Of a stretch of DNA of 64,000 bases, positions 25,575 through 38,604 are shown one piece after another. Position 1 is the first letter of the stretch. Every line of letters begins with the position of its first letter. Source of the DNA: Podarcis pityusensis (taxonomy: Eukaryota); assembly GCA_964106645.2 (NCBI GenBank), contig OZ067043.1, one strand, 5' to 3'. Below the pieces are notes generated by a model. That model was not told where the DNA came from and searched no databases. It saw only the letters and a list, made by a program, of their open reading frames with translations. A program made the position numbers and the translations under genes.

Positions 25575-25750
25575 TTTTATTTATACCCTGCCCTCCCCAG
25601 CCAAGGCTGGGCTCAGGGCGGCTAACAAGCAATAATAAAAACAAGTTGAATGAATACAACTTAAAAACAAAATTAAAATACAACATTAAAATATTAAATA
25701 TTAAAATGTAGCCTCATTGCAGGAGGAGAAAGGAAAAGAAAAAAGAAAGA
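25541..25750 (-). mobile_element. Retroelement 3' end with (TAA)11 tail
   Basis: (TAA)n at 25541-25573 followed by tttatttataccctgccctccccagccaaggctgggctcagggcggctaaca, typical of a reversed LINE 3' terminus. Confidence 0.6.
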
Positions 25751-25919
25751 GGGGGAGGGAATCAAAAAGCACCTACTTTTCCAAGTTACTCTTCTGTTGT
25801 TTGTGCTTCTTGTTTAGCACAATAGCACTAAAATACATGAAGCCTGAGACACTGCTATTTGGACATTCCCTTAAACCAAGACTCCTCAATCTGCTACACA
25901 GCCGCACGAAGTGAACTTC

Positions 25920-25943
25920 ATTAGAATTAGAATTAGAATTAGA
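25920..25943. repeat. (ATTAGA)4 simple repeat
   Basis: Read directly. Confidence 0.9.
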
Positions 25944-28900
25944 ACTTGTTTAATGAGCTGTCATTGCAGTTGTCCCAGAGCTGTTGCTTTTGTTTTCATT
26001 TTAGTTCTCTGAATATGCTCCCTTTAACAAGGGGAGAAAGTTTTATTGTTTTCAGACATAAACCAAAGCTTGTTTAGGGCAACATTGCATGTGATCCTGG
26101 CAGGAATTGAAGCTGAGAGATAGTGAAACAATCTGAAGCTGCACAGATTCTGTTTGCCTGGCACTTTCATGTCTAAGGTCAAGTAACCTGAAAAAATTAA
26201 ATCCCTTCTTCCAGTGGAACCACCAGCATATATCAATAGCAAAAGTAGCCTTGATTGACAGATATACGCTTAGGGCTGTTTCATGCATTATGCTTACACC
26301 TTCACATATTAAAATCATAAGTGTGACTTCCATTTTCTCCAGTGCACAAATGGGTGTGTTTTATTTTTATTATTAGTTACACTTTGCAAACCATATATAA
26401 ACATCATTAATGTTATTCACAAGTGTTATGTACACACTTCTCTATAATTCAGCATATCTCAATTTATATGCTCAGAATTCATTTTAAATCCAACTTTTTG
26501 TTCCAGTTTCATTAACATATATCATATTCTGCATCTATAAATAAAATTTCTAATTCCTTTAGGTTTCCATTCCATCCAGTTAAGCTTCCATAAAGCTATT
26601 TAAAAATCTATCAGAATACTTCATCTAGCAAACAGCTTTTCAGTTGTCTTTCTTTCTTTCTTGTTTCAAAGCCACAGCCACTAGCCTGTGGAAAACAGGC
26701 ACTATTTTCACACTATATTCCCAGATGTACATGTTTCCCAACACCCTTGTGAGAAAAAGGCATATGTGGAACAGCCCTTGACCAGGATGTTGCTTGGTCC
26801 CAGCCCACGAGAAATGTCCCAAAGCTCAAACATTTAATGGGGAGAGATATGTTAGATGCTAAATATTCCAGTGGGATGTTCCAAGCCTTATAATTTGTTT
26901 GGCACTGATAATTACATCTTAGTTTTTGTCGTCCCCCCCCAGCTTTACTTACAACTGTGTACTGTTCACCCATGCATTTAGTTATTGCTCTACGATTGCT
27001 ACCAGGTTATTTATTAAGGAGTTGTTTTATCTTGATATAGCAGCTCTTTTCTCCCCCCCCCCCTTAATGCTGTGTTATTTTCAGAAGTGAATGAATGCAA
27101 ATTCCAGAGCTGCAGAGTCTGCCTCTCCCTTGCTTTGCTATTAGCGTGTCACCAGGCCGAACCGTGATAGGTCTTTGGCATTGCTCTGCTGTAATGATAG
27201 ATCCTCTTTTATATGGGGTTGTCAGCGCAAATAATTAGCTCTAAAAGTTATAGCTGAAATATAATCCAAAAATGGCTAGGCCCTGTTTTGGAAATTGTCT
27301 ATAAAATGTCAGCACTCAGGGATGTATTGGGTACATAAATAGTGAGGCATTGTTTGAACAGGAGTTTAGACTCTAAATGCATCTTTTTTTCCCTTCCAGT
27401 CTTCTCCCTCCTGCTGGTGATTCTGTCAATAGATTGTGAGGCCCTAGGAACTACCTTTCCATCAGGAGATATTGTTTAAAACAGTAATGACAAGTATGAG
27501 AAGGGGTGGAGGGGTTATTCAGATCTGATAATTTTTCCAGTTTGCCCACCTTCCAGAAGCAGTTGTGATAAAGCAGAGTAAGATGGAGCCGTGGACACTG
27601 GACAATACAGGAGGAAGGATTGTTCAGTTTCCCAACAGCATTGCTTTTACCCCAGCGTTCCCACAAAGCCAGAAACAAAACCATACATGTAAGCTGACCC
27701 AGGTAGCAAACTTGTGCAGGTGTCAGGAAAATGAGATTTATATTATGGAAGAATTGAGAGAGGAGGCAGTTGTCTTTGGCATGAACAGCTTATTAAAGCA
27801 GTTTCGCTACCTGAAGGAGGGGATCAATTTGCATAGTCTCCCGCTCAAAATTAAGATATATTGAATAAAATGTTTTGCGAAAGTCAAAATTATATTGCAA
27901 TGATGGTTGCTACCTTGCCTTTGTTTCTGGATGGTTCTGGCATTTTGTTACAACTAAGAGTGCTAAAAGCTAAATCAAGACTCACAATGTTGAACTTTAA
28001 TTAATACTCTAGAATCTGGAAACAACTTTTGACAAAGATTAAAATCCCTAAGCACGTCATGGTCCGATGCAATACTTGCAGAAGATGAAGTGGGGTTTGT
28101 GTATGAGATTTTAAAGTCAGACTATGAAAAGAGTTGAAGCTTTGCGAGTGACAAAAGCAAATTGCTTATTAAGGAATTTTTAAAAATAACACACCATTGA
28201 TCCTACTGTCCAAAAGTGCTAACAACAACAACCACAACAACAGGAATTCATCTTTTACTGTAAATTAATTTTGGCTGGCTGGTGCCTTTCACTTTTAGTG
28301 TGACTCTAGCACTCCTTCTGTTATTATTTTCCAGTGGCCTTCTCTTAGCTCTGCTGCAGTAATCAATTAATAGTTGTTAAAACTGCCCAGCTTTTAGCAA
28401 TTGCTTAGTGCCTGGAGTTTCCCATGATGGAAGTAGAAAAGTGATGGGAGGAGGACTTTTAGTGAGATTACCTCAGTGTTTTTATGAAATCTGAGAAGCA
28501 GCTGCTCTAATCTGAGCTAAGCAGGTTGATTGATCCATGCACATTTATTCTAGATGCAAGGAAGGTGCACGCTAATGCATGCTAAATTATTAACACTTCT
28601 CCACCTCCCTTTGTGGTATTGCCTGCGTCTCCCCTCCCCACCTTCCAGAATGTGGAGCTGGTCTCTACTGGTGTGTTCTTATCACCTCCACTGCTGTGAG
28701 ATGGCTCAGAATATGTCACTTACTTTCCACCTTGACTGCCAAATGATTGCCCTGCATGCTCCATTCCGTAGGGAAGCCTGGGGGGTTTTCCTCTTTTGTG
28801 AGTCATATAGGATGCCATGCTCTGGGATGAATAACAGTGAATTTCATGTTCGATAGTCTGCTGAAATAAACCTTGAACACCATTACCCATAGACCTTTAC

Positions 28901-31900
28901 AATAGTTTTCCCCATGTGGTTTCTTCCAAAATCACCAAGTTGCTCACTTCTGCTTTATCTAAAAGGAGTTTACAGAAAACAAAACAAAAAAACTCTGACA
29001 AATTCTACTGAGAAAAAAAGTCATGATAGTGTGAATGATACTGGAAATATTTGGAAGGCATCCACTCTCGTTTGGTCCTTGTGATTTGCTTTGTAAATTG
29101 GAAGAGGATTTCTGCAGATTCCTGCAATTGGTGGGAATGGATCTGCCTTAATTATTGATTGTCATGCCAGAGGCAGGAGAAAGATTGGAGCCTAGTGGAA
29201 GCTAGAACCATATGCATGCTTGGGGATGCTGTGTAAGCAACCTTCACTAGTTCTGCTCTGCCAGAATGTTCTAATGCTGATTGACAGCTGTGCTTCACAT
29301 CCCACTGGACTCTGCCCACAAAGAAGCTGCCAATTACCCAGGAATGCTATACTGCTGCTAGGTTGGAATCCACCTCCTTTCTAACCTTCCCAGGCATTCT
29401 TTCTAGATTATAATCCAGCCTGGATTGACAGTAGCATCTTTAAGTCCATCTGTTCCTGTTTTATTGACATTTTAAGATCTCAGTGTGTAGTTTAATAGCC
29501 AAAGAAAGACTAGATAGAAGGGAGGTTGCCTCCCACTCGCTAGTAAGGCACACAACTGAGCCTCCATTGATCACCTTGCCTTTGTTCTTCCCCTCTACAT
29601 AATGAGAACTACAGTTTGATTTGCAGCACATCTGAAGAGTATTTGCAACCAGACTGGAAGAGAGAAACCACCAAAGTGATGCTACAGAGGCAGGCCCAGC
29701 ATAAGGGCAACAAACACTGGATACTGTCGGAGTCTTCACAGCCTTAGCGTGGGAGCTGTTCCTGCCACCACCCCTTCTGACCAACAGAAACAATCTATTC
29801 TGCTTGCACAGTGCAGTACTTAGGCAACGTATTGTGGCTGGAGGACAATTTGTTGAGGCTAGGTCATTAATAGGGCAACCTAGGGCAGGAAGAAGGCAAG
29901 CTTTTTTTGGAAATGAAACAGTGGAAACTGAGTGAAGAACTAAGGCAGCAGCCTCACTTTTGCACCTTTGTGCCCTGTAACCAATCTCGAACTGTTGCTG
30001 CATCAACATACCAATAGGAAAGAAAAGGTTCATCAGCTTAGTGTCTGTGTTGGCCTTAGGGAGATGCATATCTCTGCTCAGTCATAAGAGTGACATTTGG
30101 CTGAGTCGTCTTGTGGAATCAGAAGTGCTCTGATTTCCGATCCTCTTTTTGAGTAACCTACCCCTGGGGAAGGGGCTTGCCTACAGCCTTTCTTTAAATC
30201 GGCTTGGTTTTGTGTGGGGATTGGAGGGGGGGAGAGATTTTCATTGCCATTCATCCTGTGGTTAGGCTAGAAGAGACCCCTCTCTGATACATTGTCGAGT
30301 AACCTTTTCTCTTCCCCTGCCGCTAGAATAGTAAACAGCAGCTTTCAAAAAGGGCGAGAGGTTTTCTCGATAGCTCTTTGCTGAATGAACTAAAGCGCTT
30401 ATCGGCAGATTCACAAGCCATGTTCTTTCTTCCCAAGCATGGTCTTGACAGGTCTTTTTACGGCCACAAAGGAGACAGCTGGGGACTGATGTCTGAGAGA
30501 TATGTCAGGGAATGCTGTTCTGGTGGAGATTCACTCTAATTCTAACCACTGCTCATGCATGCATCTGAAGGTGGCTTAGGTAATCGGAGGTAGTTGTAGG
30601 AGCTATCTTGCTTGGTTCTCACTGGAGTGGATGGCAGAGGTGGTTTCTGCATGCTACTGAATTCTTTCACCCCTTCTGCATGAATTCCTTCCGATCTCAT
30701 TCCTGTGCTTGCCTATTTGTGCATTTCAACCCTCCCACTCTTGTTTTTTGTCAAGATTTTATGTAGCAGCTTCTTTCCCATACCTGGCCTTTTTCCTGTC
30801 TGGCGCATGTCAAGTCAATTAATTATTGCCGTGCACGAGCCTGTTGTGTTACTACTCAAGCTTGCTTTTCTTTGAGACCAGTTTGGTTGGTGAGCGGGTG
30901 GGAAGTTGGTTGGTCCCTGGAATAAAACACAACAAATGAACAAACCTCTTCATGTACTGGCTCAATACCATGTTCATTGTGGGGGGGAGAACGAGTCCTG
31001 CCTCTTGCCGATCAGAACCAGGCTGCGTTGGACAACCACCCCATCATGTTGATCCATTGCCATGTCCATTAAATACCAGGGTATTCTCATAACTCTGTTA
31101 GAGCCCTGATTTGCTTTAATTTCTGTCTTGTTTGGGGGTGCACTCCCCTGTCAGGCAGGGAGCAAGCCTTTCACTGGTGACCATGCACACAATTATTGAC
31201 CTGAGATTGAACAATTGATTAAAAGGAACAACCCACTAGATTATAGATTTAGACATTTGATAACATGCACATTATCATTATGGGAGGGCCCCTTTAAAAA
31301 AGCTGGTGAGGAGCTGATGAGCTCTGCTTTGTCACTGTTGACAGCATTGTCTAATTTATCCCCAAACCCTCACTCTGTTGTACATTCTAATGTGGGGGCT
31401 TCTGTGTTCAGTCTATTTCTGTGAGTCTGCTGGTTTGGGAATGAATCATCAAAGAGAGCTCAAGCGAAATTTGATTAGGGGAAGTGTCAGGCTGAGCCGA
31501 GTCTTGTCAGCCTGTCTGTCAGCAGCTGCCCCTTTTCTAACGAGATTTTGTGGTGCTGGAGATGACGCAGGAGGAGGCCCAGCATGAGGCAGTCCCAGTG
31601 GGCTTTAGCCCCTGAGCAGGTCTCTCCCATCTTGCTAACAAATAGTCCACCCCACTGCTTTCCAGCTAACCCTGTCCCTCTGCATTGCAGCTCTTCACTA
31701 CTCTGCCAGCCCTGACTCTGTGGACTGGAGAGGCTGTGATATTAAATGTGTAGTGACATCTCCATTCCAGAAAAGCAGGCTTCCCAGAAGAGACACATTG
31801 CACCCTCCCTCCCACACTTTTAATTTTTTATTTTATTGTATGTATTTGAAATGAGTTTGCCCAGAGGAGACAAAGATTTACTATGTTCAGTTGTGTTCCT

Positions 31901-32749
31901 CTATCCCTCCTTAAATTGGCCCTTAACACTGGCCTTAAAGAAGGGTCCTCATTTCTCAGTGTCATTTCCCTGACTGATGTGTGTACAGCAAACAGCTGGG
32001 GCACTTTAGCCGATCTAATGGTTTGTCTACAAAATACCCAAGTGAGACTTTTATATGAATAGATGCTGTGTGATGAAATAAGGAGTGTTCTTTCTCCTGG
32101 AGCACATTCCCAATGGGAGAGAGGACCCTGTCACCCAGGCCCTCTGCTGTCACTTGGATCTGATCTCCTGTCTATTAGGATGAAGCTCCTACCCAACAAG
32201 GTGTTCTGATCCGGCTGTGAGGTGCCCCAGGCTCACTGCTGAATCTTGCACAGGAACACTGTTTTAGCTAGCAGTAATGCATGCAGTAATTTAAAAATAA
32301 AACCCTGTAGCTGCCCCTGCAAGATAGGTTTGTCCTGCAGTTTGCTTTGCTGTGAAACCAACCAGTAGTAGCTTATTCCACCTTGCAGAGGTTCTGCACA
32401 CCCTATGGACAGGGAGTGAACATATTTTCTAATTAGTGGGTACATTTGAAACAAGGAGAGATTTTAGTGTCCGTAATGTAACTTAGTTGAGAGAACAATA
32501 ATGGTGGCAGTCCTATAGTTGAGCTCCTGCCGAAAACACCAGTGGCTCAAAGGGAGAACCTTGGGTATGAAATTTGGCAGAGCAGTGAACAGCTCTTGTT
32601 CAGAATTCTTTTTTTCTTTTCTTCTTTTCTGGATTGATTTGCTACTACTTAGGAGAAATGTTGATCCTTCCCCCACCCCTTGGGTATGCAGCAAGTGAAT
32701 ATCAATGGTCTAGGCTGTGACCCTACTAGTTGTCTATTCCTTGTTTCAG

Positions 32750-33019
32750 TGCGGCGAGTGTCACCTCGATTTTCAATCCCTCCAAGTAACCATGAGGTGA
32801 TGCCTGGAGGGAGCGTGAATCTCACATGTGTAGCAGTGGGGTCCCCAATGCCCTACGTGAAGTGGATTGTCGGAGATGTGGAGCTGACGAAAGAAGATGA
32901 CATGCCAATGGGCAGGAATGTTTTAGAGTTGACCAACATCACGCAGTCGGCCAACTACACCTGCGAAGCCATGTCCTCACTGGGGGTAATCCATGCAACA
33001 GCTCAGATCACTGTCAAAG
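32750..33019 (+). CDS. PTPRF: PTPRF exon, Ig3, 270 nt: [12 protein letters not shown]...[16 protein letters not shown]...[23 protein letters not shown]
   Basis: Acceptor ttgtttcag|TG, donor AAAG|gtaaga; Ig Cys-Trp-Cys core. Confidence 0.97.
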
Positions 33020-34301
33020 GTAAGAAGCCGCTCCATGGTATCTACCTCTACATGGTACCAGGTAGCAGAATGGGGTGCACTTGTGACATAAGCCCTACTC
33101 AGTCATTATTGGTGTGAATGGGGAACCTGAGTACAAAGATGCTGTGGAGCCTCACCATTAGCCCTGTCCCCATTGTTGCACAGGTCTTTCCAGCTTCTCA
33201 CATGTTCACGGCAAACATCTGTAGCAGGGAGTCTGCTGTACTTGTGTAGACTTTTAAGACACATCGCGTGTGCCAACCCCCCCCCCCCGTCTTTGTTACC
33301 CAACATTTATCTCCCAGGGTTTTCTCATTTGTTTTCTTGTAAAATAGAGGTTTACTTACAGTGCATAAATGGAATGGCCAAACATCAGAATTATAGAGCA
33401 AGTCTCAGGGAGAAATAATAAGGCCTCTCCACTGTAATTCAAGAGCCCTGCCCAAGAGCTAATATTTGTTTGGTTTGTGCATGTATCTGGATGGTGTGAA
33501 ATAGCATCCAGGACAGCACATCTCTGTCAGGTCACTTGAAAAAGCTTTGTGGGAGCACCTGTCTTTCAGTTCTGTTACCTTACTAAACATCCTATAACCT
33601 AATGTGATTTCAGTATTTACATTAATACAGCTCCAGAGGGTGATCATTATGGGAGTCAGGGAGTCTCTCAATCTTTTCTTCATGATCATAAATGTTTTCC
33701 TTGTGCCTAGCCAGTACATAGAAGGATCCCAAGATAGTAGAACACAGTACTGATCACAAATTTATCTTTTTTGGATAAATGGCTGATGTGCTAGAGTAGT
33801 TCTGCTTTCTTGTTAATGCTCGGAACTTTCATAACAGGATTGGCTTCCTTAACATCCCACCACAAAAATATGCTTGCCACAAGTCCCTGCAGTCCACATA
33901 TTCTTGCTCTTGCAGCAACAGTAGACATGGAACTACTTTTGCCCCTGGTATACTTTCCAAAAAGGCCATGAACCTGGCTTCCTAAAGTGTACCTCAGCTG
34001 AATAACCCTTTCTGCTTTAGAAAACCTGACTTGGTTCCTTGTTTAAATTACCTTTATTTAGCCAGCTGCCAGCAAGTGCTTTGAGCACATCTAATAACAT
34101 GATTGCTGTGTTTACTCTTCCATTAAGAAGCACTTCAAGCAATATATGGTAATGTGTAATATAAAAATGTACGTTCTTGACTATGAAATGATTTCTGCCT
34201 TTAAAGGGAAATGTTAGCAAGCATCTAAGCCTCCTTTATAGCTCTGCACATTACAGCATTTGCACTAATCAAATTACTGACATTGTGCTTTTTGCTTTCA
34301 G

Positions 34302-34883
34302 CTCTTCCAAAACCTCCAATGGAGCCATTAGTAACGGAGACGACAGCTACCAGTGTGACTCTCACCTGGGACTCAGGAAATGCTGACCCTATCTCCTACT
34401 ATGTCATCCAATATAAGTCCAAGTCATTAGAGGGCACTTTCCGAGAAGTAGATGGTGTGGCAACCACCCGCTATAGCATTGGTGGCCTAAGCCCCTTCTC
34501 AGAATATGAGTTCCGCATTATTGCTGTAAACAACATTGGCAGGAGTCCCCCTAGTGAGTTGGTGGATGCACGGACAGGAGAGCAAGCTCCATCAAGCCCA
34601 CCCCTCAAAGTGAAGGCACGGATGCTGAGTTCCAGCACCATGCTGGTCCAATGGGAACAACCTGAAGAGCCCAATGGGATGATCCGTGGCTATCGAGTGT
34701 ACTACACCATTGACCCCCACCTACCACTCAGCAAGTGGCAGAAACACAACACTGATGATCATCATCTCACCACTGTAGGAAGTTTGATAAATGGGGCCAC
34801 CTATAGTATTCGTGTCTTGGCTTTCACCTCAGTAGGAGATGGACCCCCTTCTGATGCCATCCAGATAAAGGCCCAACAGGGTG
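34302..34883 (+). CDS. PTPRF: PTPRF exon, FN3 repeats 1 and 2, 582 nt: ALPKPP...IKAQQG
   Basis: Acceptor tttgctttcag|CT, donor GGTG|gtatgt; two FN3 signatures ([19 protein letters not shown]; [17 protein letters not shown]). Confidence 0.97.
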
Positions 34884-35271
34884 GTATGTATGTTTTATGT
34901 GAGCTCTATTCCTTCTCTGTCCTACTGTTTCCAAGAGCTAATATTTTGAGCTGAGGTTGAGGTGTGATCCAGAGACTTTAGGGATTTGGTAAGCAATTTG
35001 TCCTTTTCAAATAGGTGTTCCAGCAGCACTCTGTTGCCAGCATAGTTAACAGTTGACTTAAGCATAGTTGTGGATACTTTGGTTAATCACTAGTTTGAGA
35101 AAGAACATAGTTGTCTTTGTTTGAACCTGGAGCTTAGGAGAATGTGTTAAGATTGTGTTTATGACAATGCTGTTGTTGAAGTGCGTTGATGATAGGGCTT
35201 GCACCTTGAAATTTTCTAAAGCTGCTCTGGAGTCCCCTCCCACAACTGACTCTTGTTTTATTGGTTTCCAG

Positions 35272-35405
35272 TTCCATCTCAGCCAGCTGATTTCCAAGCT
35301 GAGGCAGAGTCTGACACACGGATCATGCTGACCTGGCAGCCAGCACCTCAAGAACGTGTCACCAAGTATGAGTTGGTGTATTGGGAAGAGACAGATGGGA
35401 TCCAG
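35272..35405 (+). CDS. PTPRF: PTPRF exon, FN3 repeat 3 first half, 134 nt: VPSQPADFQAEAESDTRIMLTW...YWEETDGIQ
   Basis: Acceptor ggtttccag|TT, donor CCAG|gtgagg; phase 1-0. Confidence 0.96.
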
Positions 35406-36097
35406 GTGAGGGACAACATGACCCATTGGTGGTTAAAGACCTATGCCAAAGTAGCCTATGGGTATGGGGCACTTATTTTTATATCTGTTAGAGTTAGGCC
35501 CAGTATGATTGTTGTGGAAAATGGCATTTGCATGACTAGATATTTGTTCATCTGTGAGAATACTGCAATCCACAGCCCATTGGATTATGAACCTATACCA
35601 GAGTTTCACCTCCCTATGATAGCTGCAAGAGCTCCTGCTCCTGCAAGAGCAGCAGTAAGTTTTGTTGGCGATTATATTGCCACATAATAGTTGGATCAGG
35701 TCCCAGAAGTTATCTGGCCTTGAACCATTAGGTGGTAGCTCTGAAGTGAAGACCTATCACAGCTTGTCTTCTCTATATGCTAACTTACTCGCACTTATGT
35801 CAACACATACTTCATTAGCCAAAAGTTTGCAGTGTCTGGGAAATGAAAGTGATTTTTTTCTTATGGCTGTAATGAGAATGCACAACATCTGTGGGGAAGT
35901 GAAATCATCTCCTTTAAATAATGGCTTTCAGGGTTACATAGGATGAGCATAGATTGCTCTATTGCATGATTCCTAGTATGCAGTACTGGTAGGCATCCAC
36001 AGCCAAGAGTCCAATACTCAAGTGTCAATAGCTATGTTATTCCCTCCCTTCCCCCCCAATCTGAGTAAAAGAAAAACTTGCCTCTTGCCTTTTCTAG

Positions 36098-36242
36098 CAT
36101 AAGGTGGACTTTGACCAGACCTCATCATATGCACTTGAAGGGCTCAAGCCGGACACACTCTACAAGTTCCAGCTGGCAGCCCGCTCTGAGCTGGGCCTAG
36201 GGGTCTATACCCCAGTTTTGGAAGCTCGAACAGCACAGTCCA
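36098..36242 (+). CDS. PTPRF: PTPRF exon, FN3 repeat 3 second half, 145 nt: HKVDFDQTSSYALEGLKPDTLYKFQLAARSELGLGVYTPVLEARTAQS
   Basis: Acceptor ccttttctag|CAT, donor TCCA|gtaagt; phase 0-1; this + strand frame is not in the ORF track. Confidence 0.96.
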
Positions 36243-38468
36243 GTAAGTGTCTCTGTTTGGTTGAGAGTGAGTGAGGGACAAAATCTTATTGCACTTTTGT
36301 ATGAGAGTTAATGGAGAGGTTGGAACCAGTAGCAAGAGAAATGTGGAGAGGACAGACCAGCTGTGGCTCTGATGCAGGGGCCATTTGCCCAGGGTAAGTC
36401 TTGTCCCATTGTCCTTCAGTCCATGCTTTCCCCTTTCAACAGGTGGACTCACAGATATGCTGGGCAAAGGGAATAGGTGGGAGAAGCTGATGAGATTTAT
36501 TCCCTGTATCTCTGTGAGTTTACTGGCACATCCTCTTCCCCATGCAATTCAGTTGTAGTGGGTGTTTGATATCTGCACCTCGTGCATGCACCTTCCTGCT
36601 GTGCATGTACCTCATACCCCAGTCAGAGACACCATTGCTCGCCTTTTCCCTGCCCCTTCCAGACAATCATCTCTGTACAAGAGGAGCGATGCACACATTG
36701 CATTACTGCTACACTGCAGGCATTTGCAAGCCTGGAAGAATTAACTTGAGGGGGTGGCAGGATCTTTGCAAGTAGATTGAATGATTAATAGCTTCTTAAG
36801 GGGATGTGTGCTGAGTGAGGTGTGTGGTGCATGTGGATGCTTGACTTTTATGGAGTGGAAGGAGGAAGAAGACTGCTGCGTGGGTTTTGCTCCAAGGCTT
36901 TGAAGGCTTGAGGCAAACAGTGAAGTAAGTCAGAAGGCCAGATAAAGAGGTGACCCAAGCTGGATCACTTTCATTCTCTTCTGAGCTCATGTGCTGGTGG
37001 AGTAGGAGACCAGTGCACCTTTATTGGCAGCTCAAAGTGCTGCACATAAGCAGATTAAAGCTATCAAAGAGCTCTGAGATAAGCTTGTTTTCACTAACGA
37101 TTTTGGGGCTTGCTTTTATGCAAAAAGCATTAAAGGGGGAAAGTGAGACATTTTTGTTTGTGCCATCTGTCAAGGATTTAGTGGCTGTGTGGGGCAAGCA
37201 GTAGAGGAGGCAGCAGCCGCCCTCTCTGTGTGGAGCCAGAGAGTGCCTGGGATGAATCAGGGTGGGGAAGAACTGCTCCACTTATGATTGGAATGACCTT
37301 TCCTTCTTTCATTAGCACATCAATCATAAGAATTCCAACAGTCCTGTTTAACTTGCTCTTTAGCTAATGGGATCTTAGTGCCAGGACGATTGGACAAAAA
37401 TATATGAAACAATATTCAGAGGGAGGCATCATAAATATTTTACATTGGGGGGCACAAACTGAATGTGGAGACTATTAATTGTTCTGTTAGCAGCTACTGA
37501 TGGAGCATGTGTATTGATAGGCCATGACTGGGCACTTGCCCAGCCATCATACTAACAAGGCATAACAGACAAATATCAGAAGCAAATAGTAATGCAGATA
37601 TCTCCAACCTGTGACTCATGCATAGCTCTGTGTAGCTGGGCCATGTTAGGAGTCTGTGCAAAGAATTTAAAGTCCAGCAATTAAAGGAAGGCTAATCCTG
37701 ATGTTGTGCCATTTTAGCCATTCATGGATTCTAGTCCACAGGTAAAGGAAGAAACCTCTCTTCACACCTCCCAGGTGAGGGGTGAAGGCATGTAGTGCCA
37801 AAGCACGTTTCCCTATGAAATGTAACATTTGGAGCATGAATTAATTGGCCATGATCACTGGGAAACCTGTTCTAAAGAGCCCATCAGTAGGAATTCTAAA
37901 GCTTACCTTTCCTTGAACAATGTCTGAAAGCAGCTTTTTTTGCAGACCTGATGTGTTGTGAGAAACCCGTAGAATCAAAGTTTCTGCTAATCAATAGAAA
38001 AGTTAAGGGGATTGCATGCCTCAAGACCAATTTCTGTTGAACATTTTTCTCATCTAGTCTTGCTTTTTTGCCATCACAGATTGCATGTGGAGGTGGTGAA
38101 GCATCTGAGTTTAACATAGGGCCATATGCTGATTTAGCAAACTACCAAGCTATATTTCTAAAGTTTTCCCAGTAGCATACTAAATGGTCTCTGGGGACAG
38201 AAGCAAGGGAGATCTCTCTGACACAGAACTCCTATGATACTGATCCTCCTCGGCAATGTTTCATACTATAAAAAGATAGGTGCTCTGGCTCCATCCCTGG
38301 CTATATCTCCTAGTTCCAGGTTCTGTTCTTTAGCTTTTATGAAGGAATATAACTGCATATACTCCAGGCTAAACTATATATTACACTAGTCATAGTCACC
38401 CATGTGTCATGTTAGCCATTAGTCCCTTCCTCATGGAAGGACAGCTTAGCAGTGGGAAATGGATAGAG

Positions 38469-38604
38469 TAGGAGTAGCCAACACCATGCCTTTCAGATGC
38501 TTTGGGCCCAAACTCACATCAACCCCAGCCAGCATGACCAATGGTCAGGGATTATCGGAGTTGTAGTCCACAACATACAGAGGAGACCACATTGGTTACC
38601 CCTG
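38469..38604. mobile_element. Non-autonomous hAT-like MITE
   Basis: Imperfect TIRs taggagtagccaa / ttggttacccctg and a palindromic interior (cagatg...aactc...gagttgtagtcc...aacat); a related copy lies at ~60110-60225. Confidence 0.65.

Noticed and set aside
29461-30069. 202-aa minus-strand ORF
   Set aside because: Intronic, with no recognisable domain or coding-like composition; most likely a chance ORF.
34283-34954. ORF-track proteins treated as standalone genes
   Set aside because: They are PTPRF exons extended into intron sequence beyond clear splice sites.
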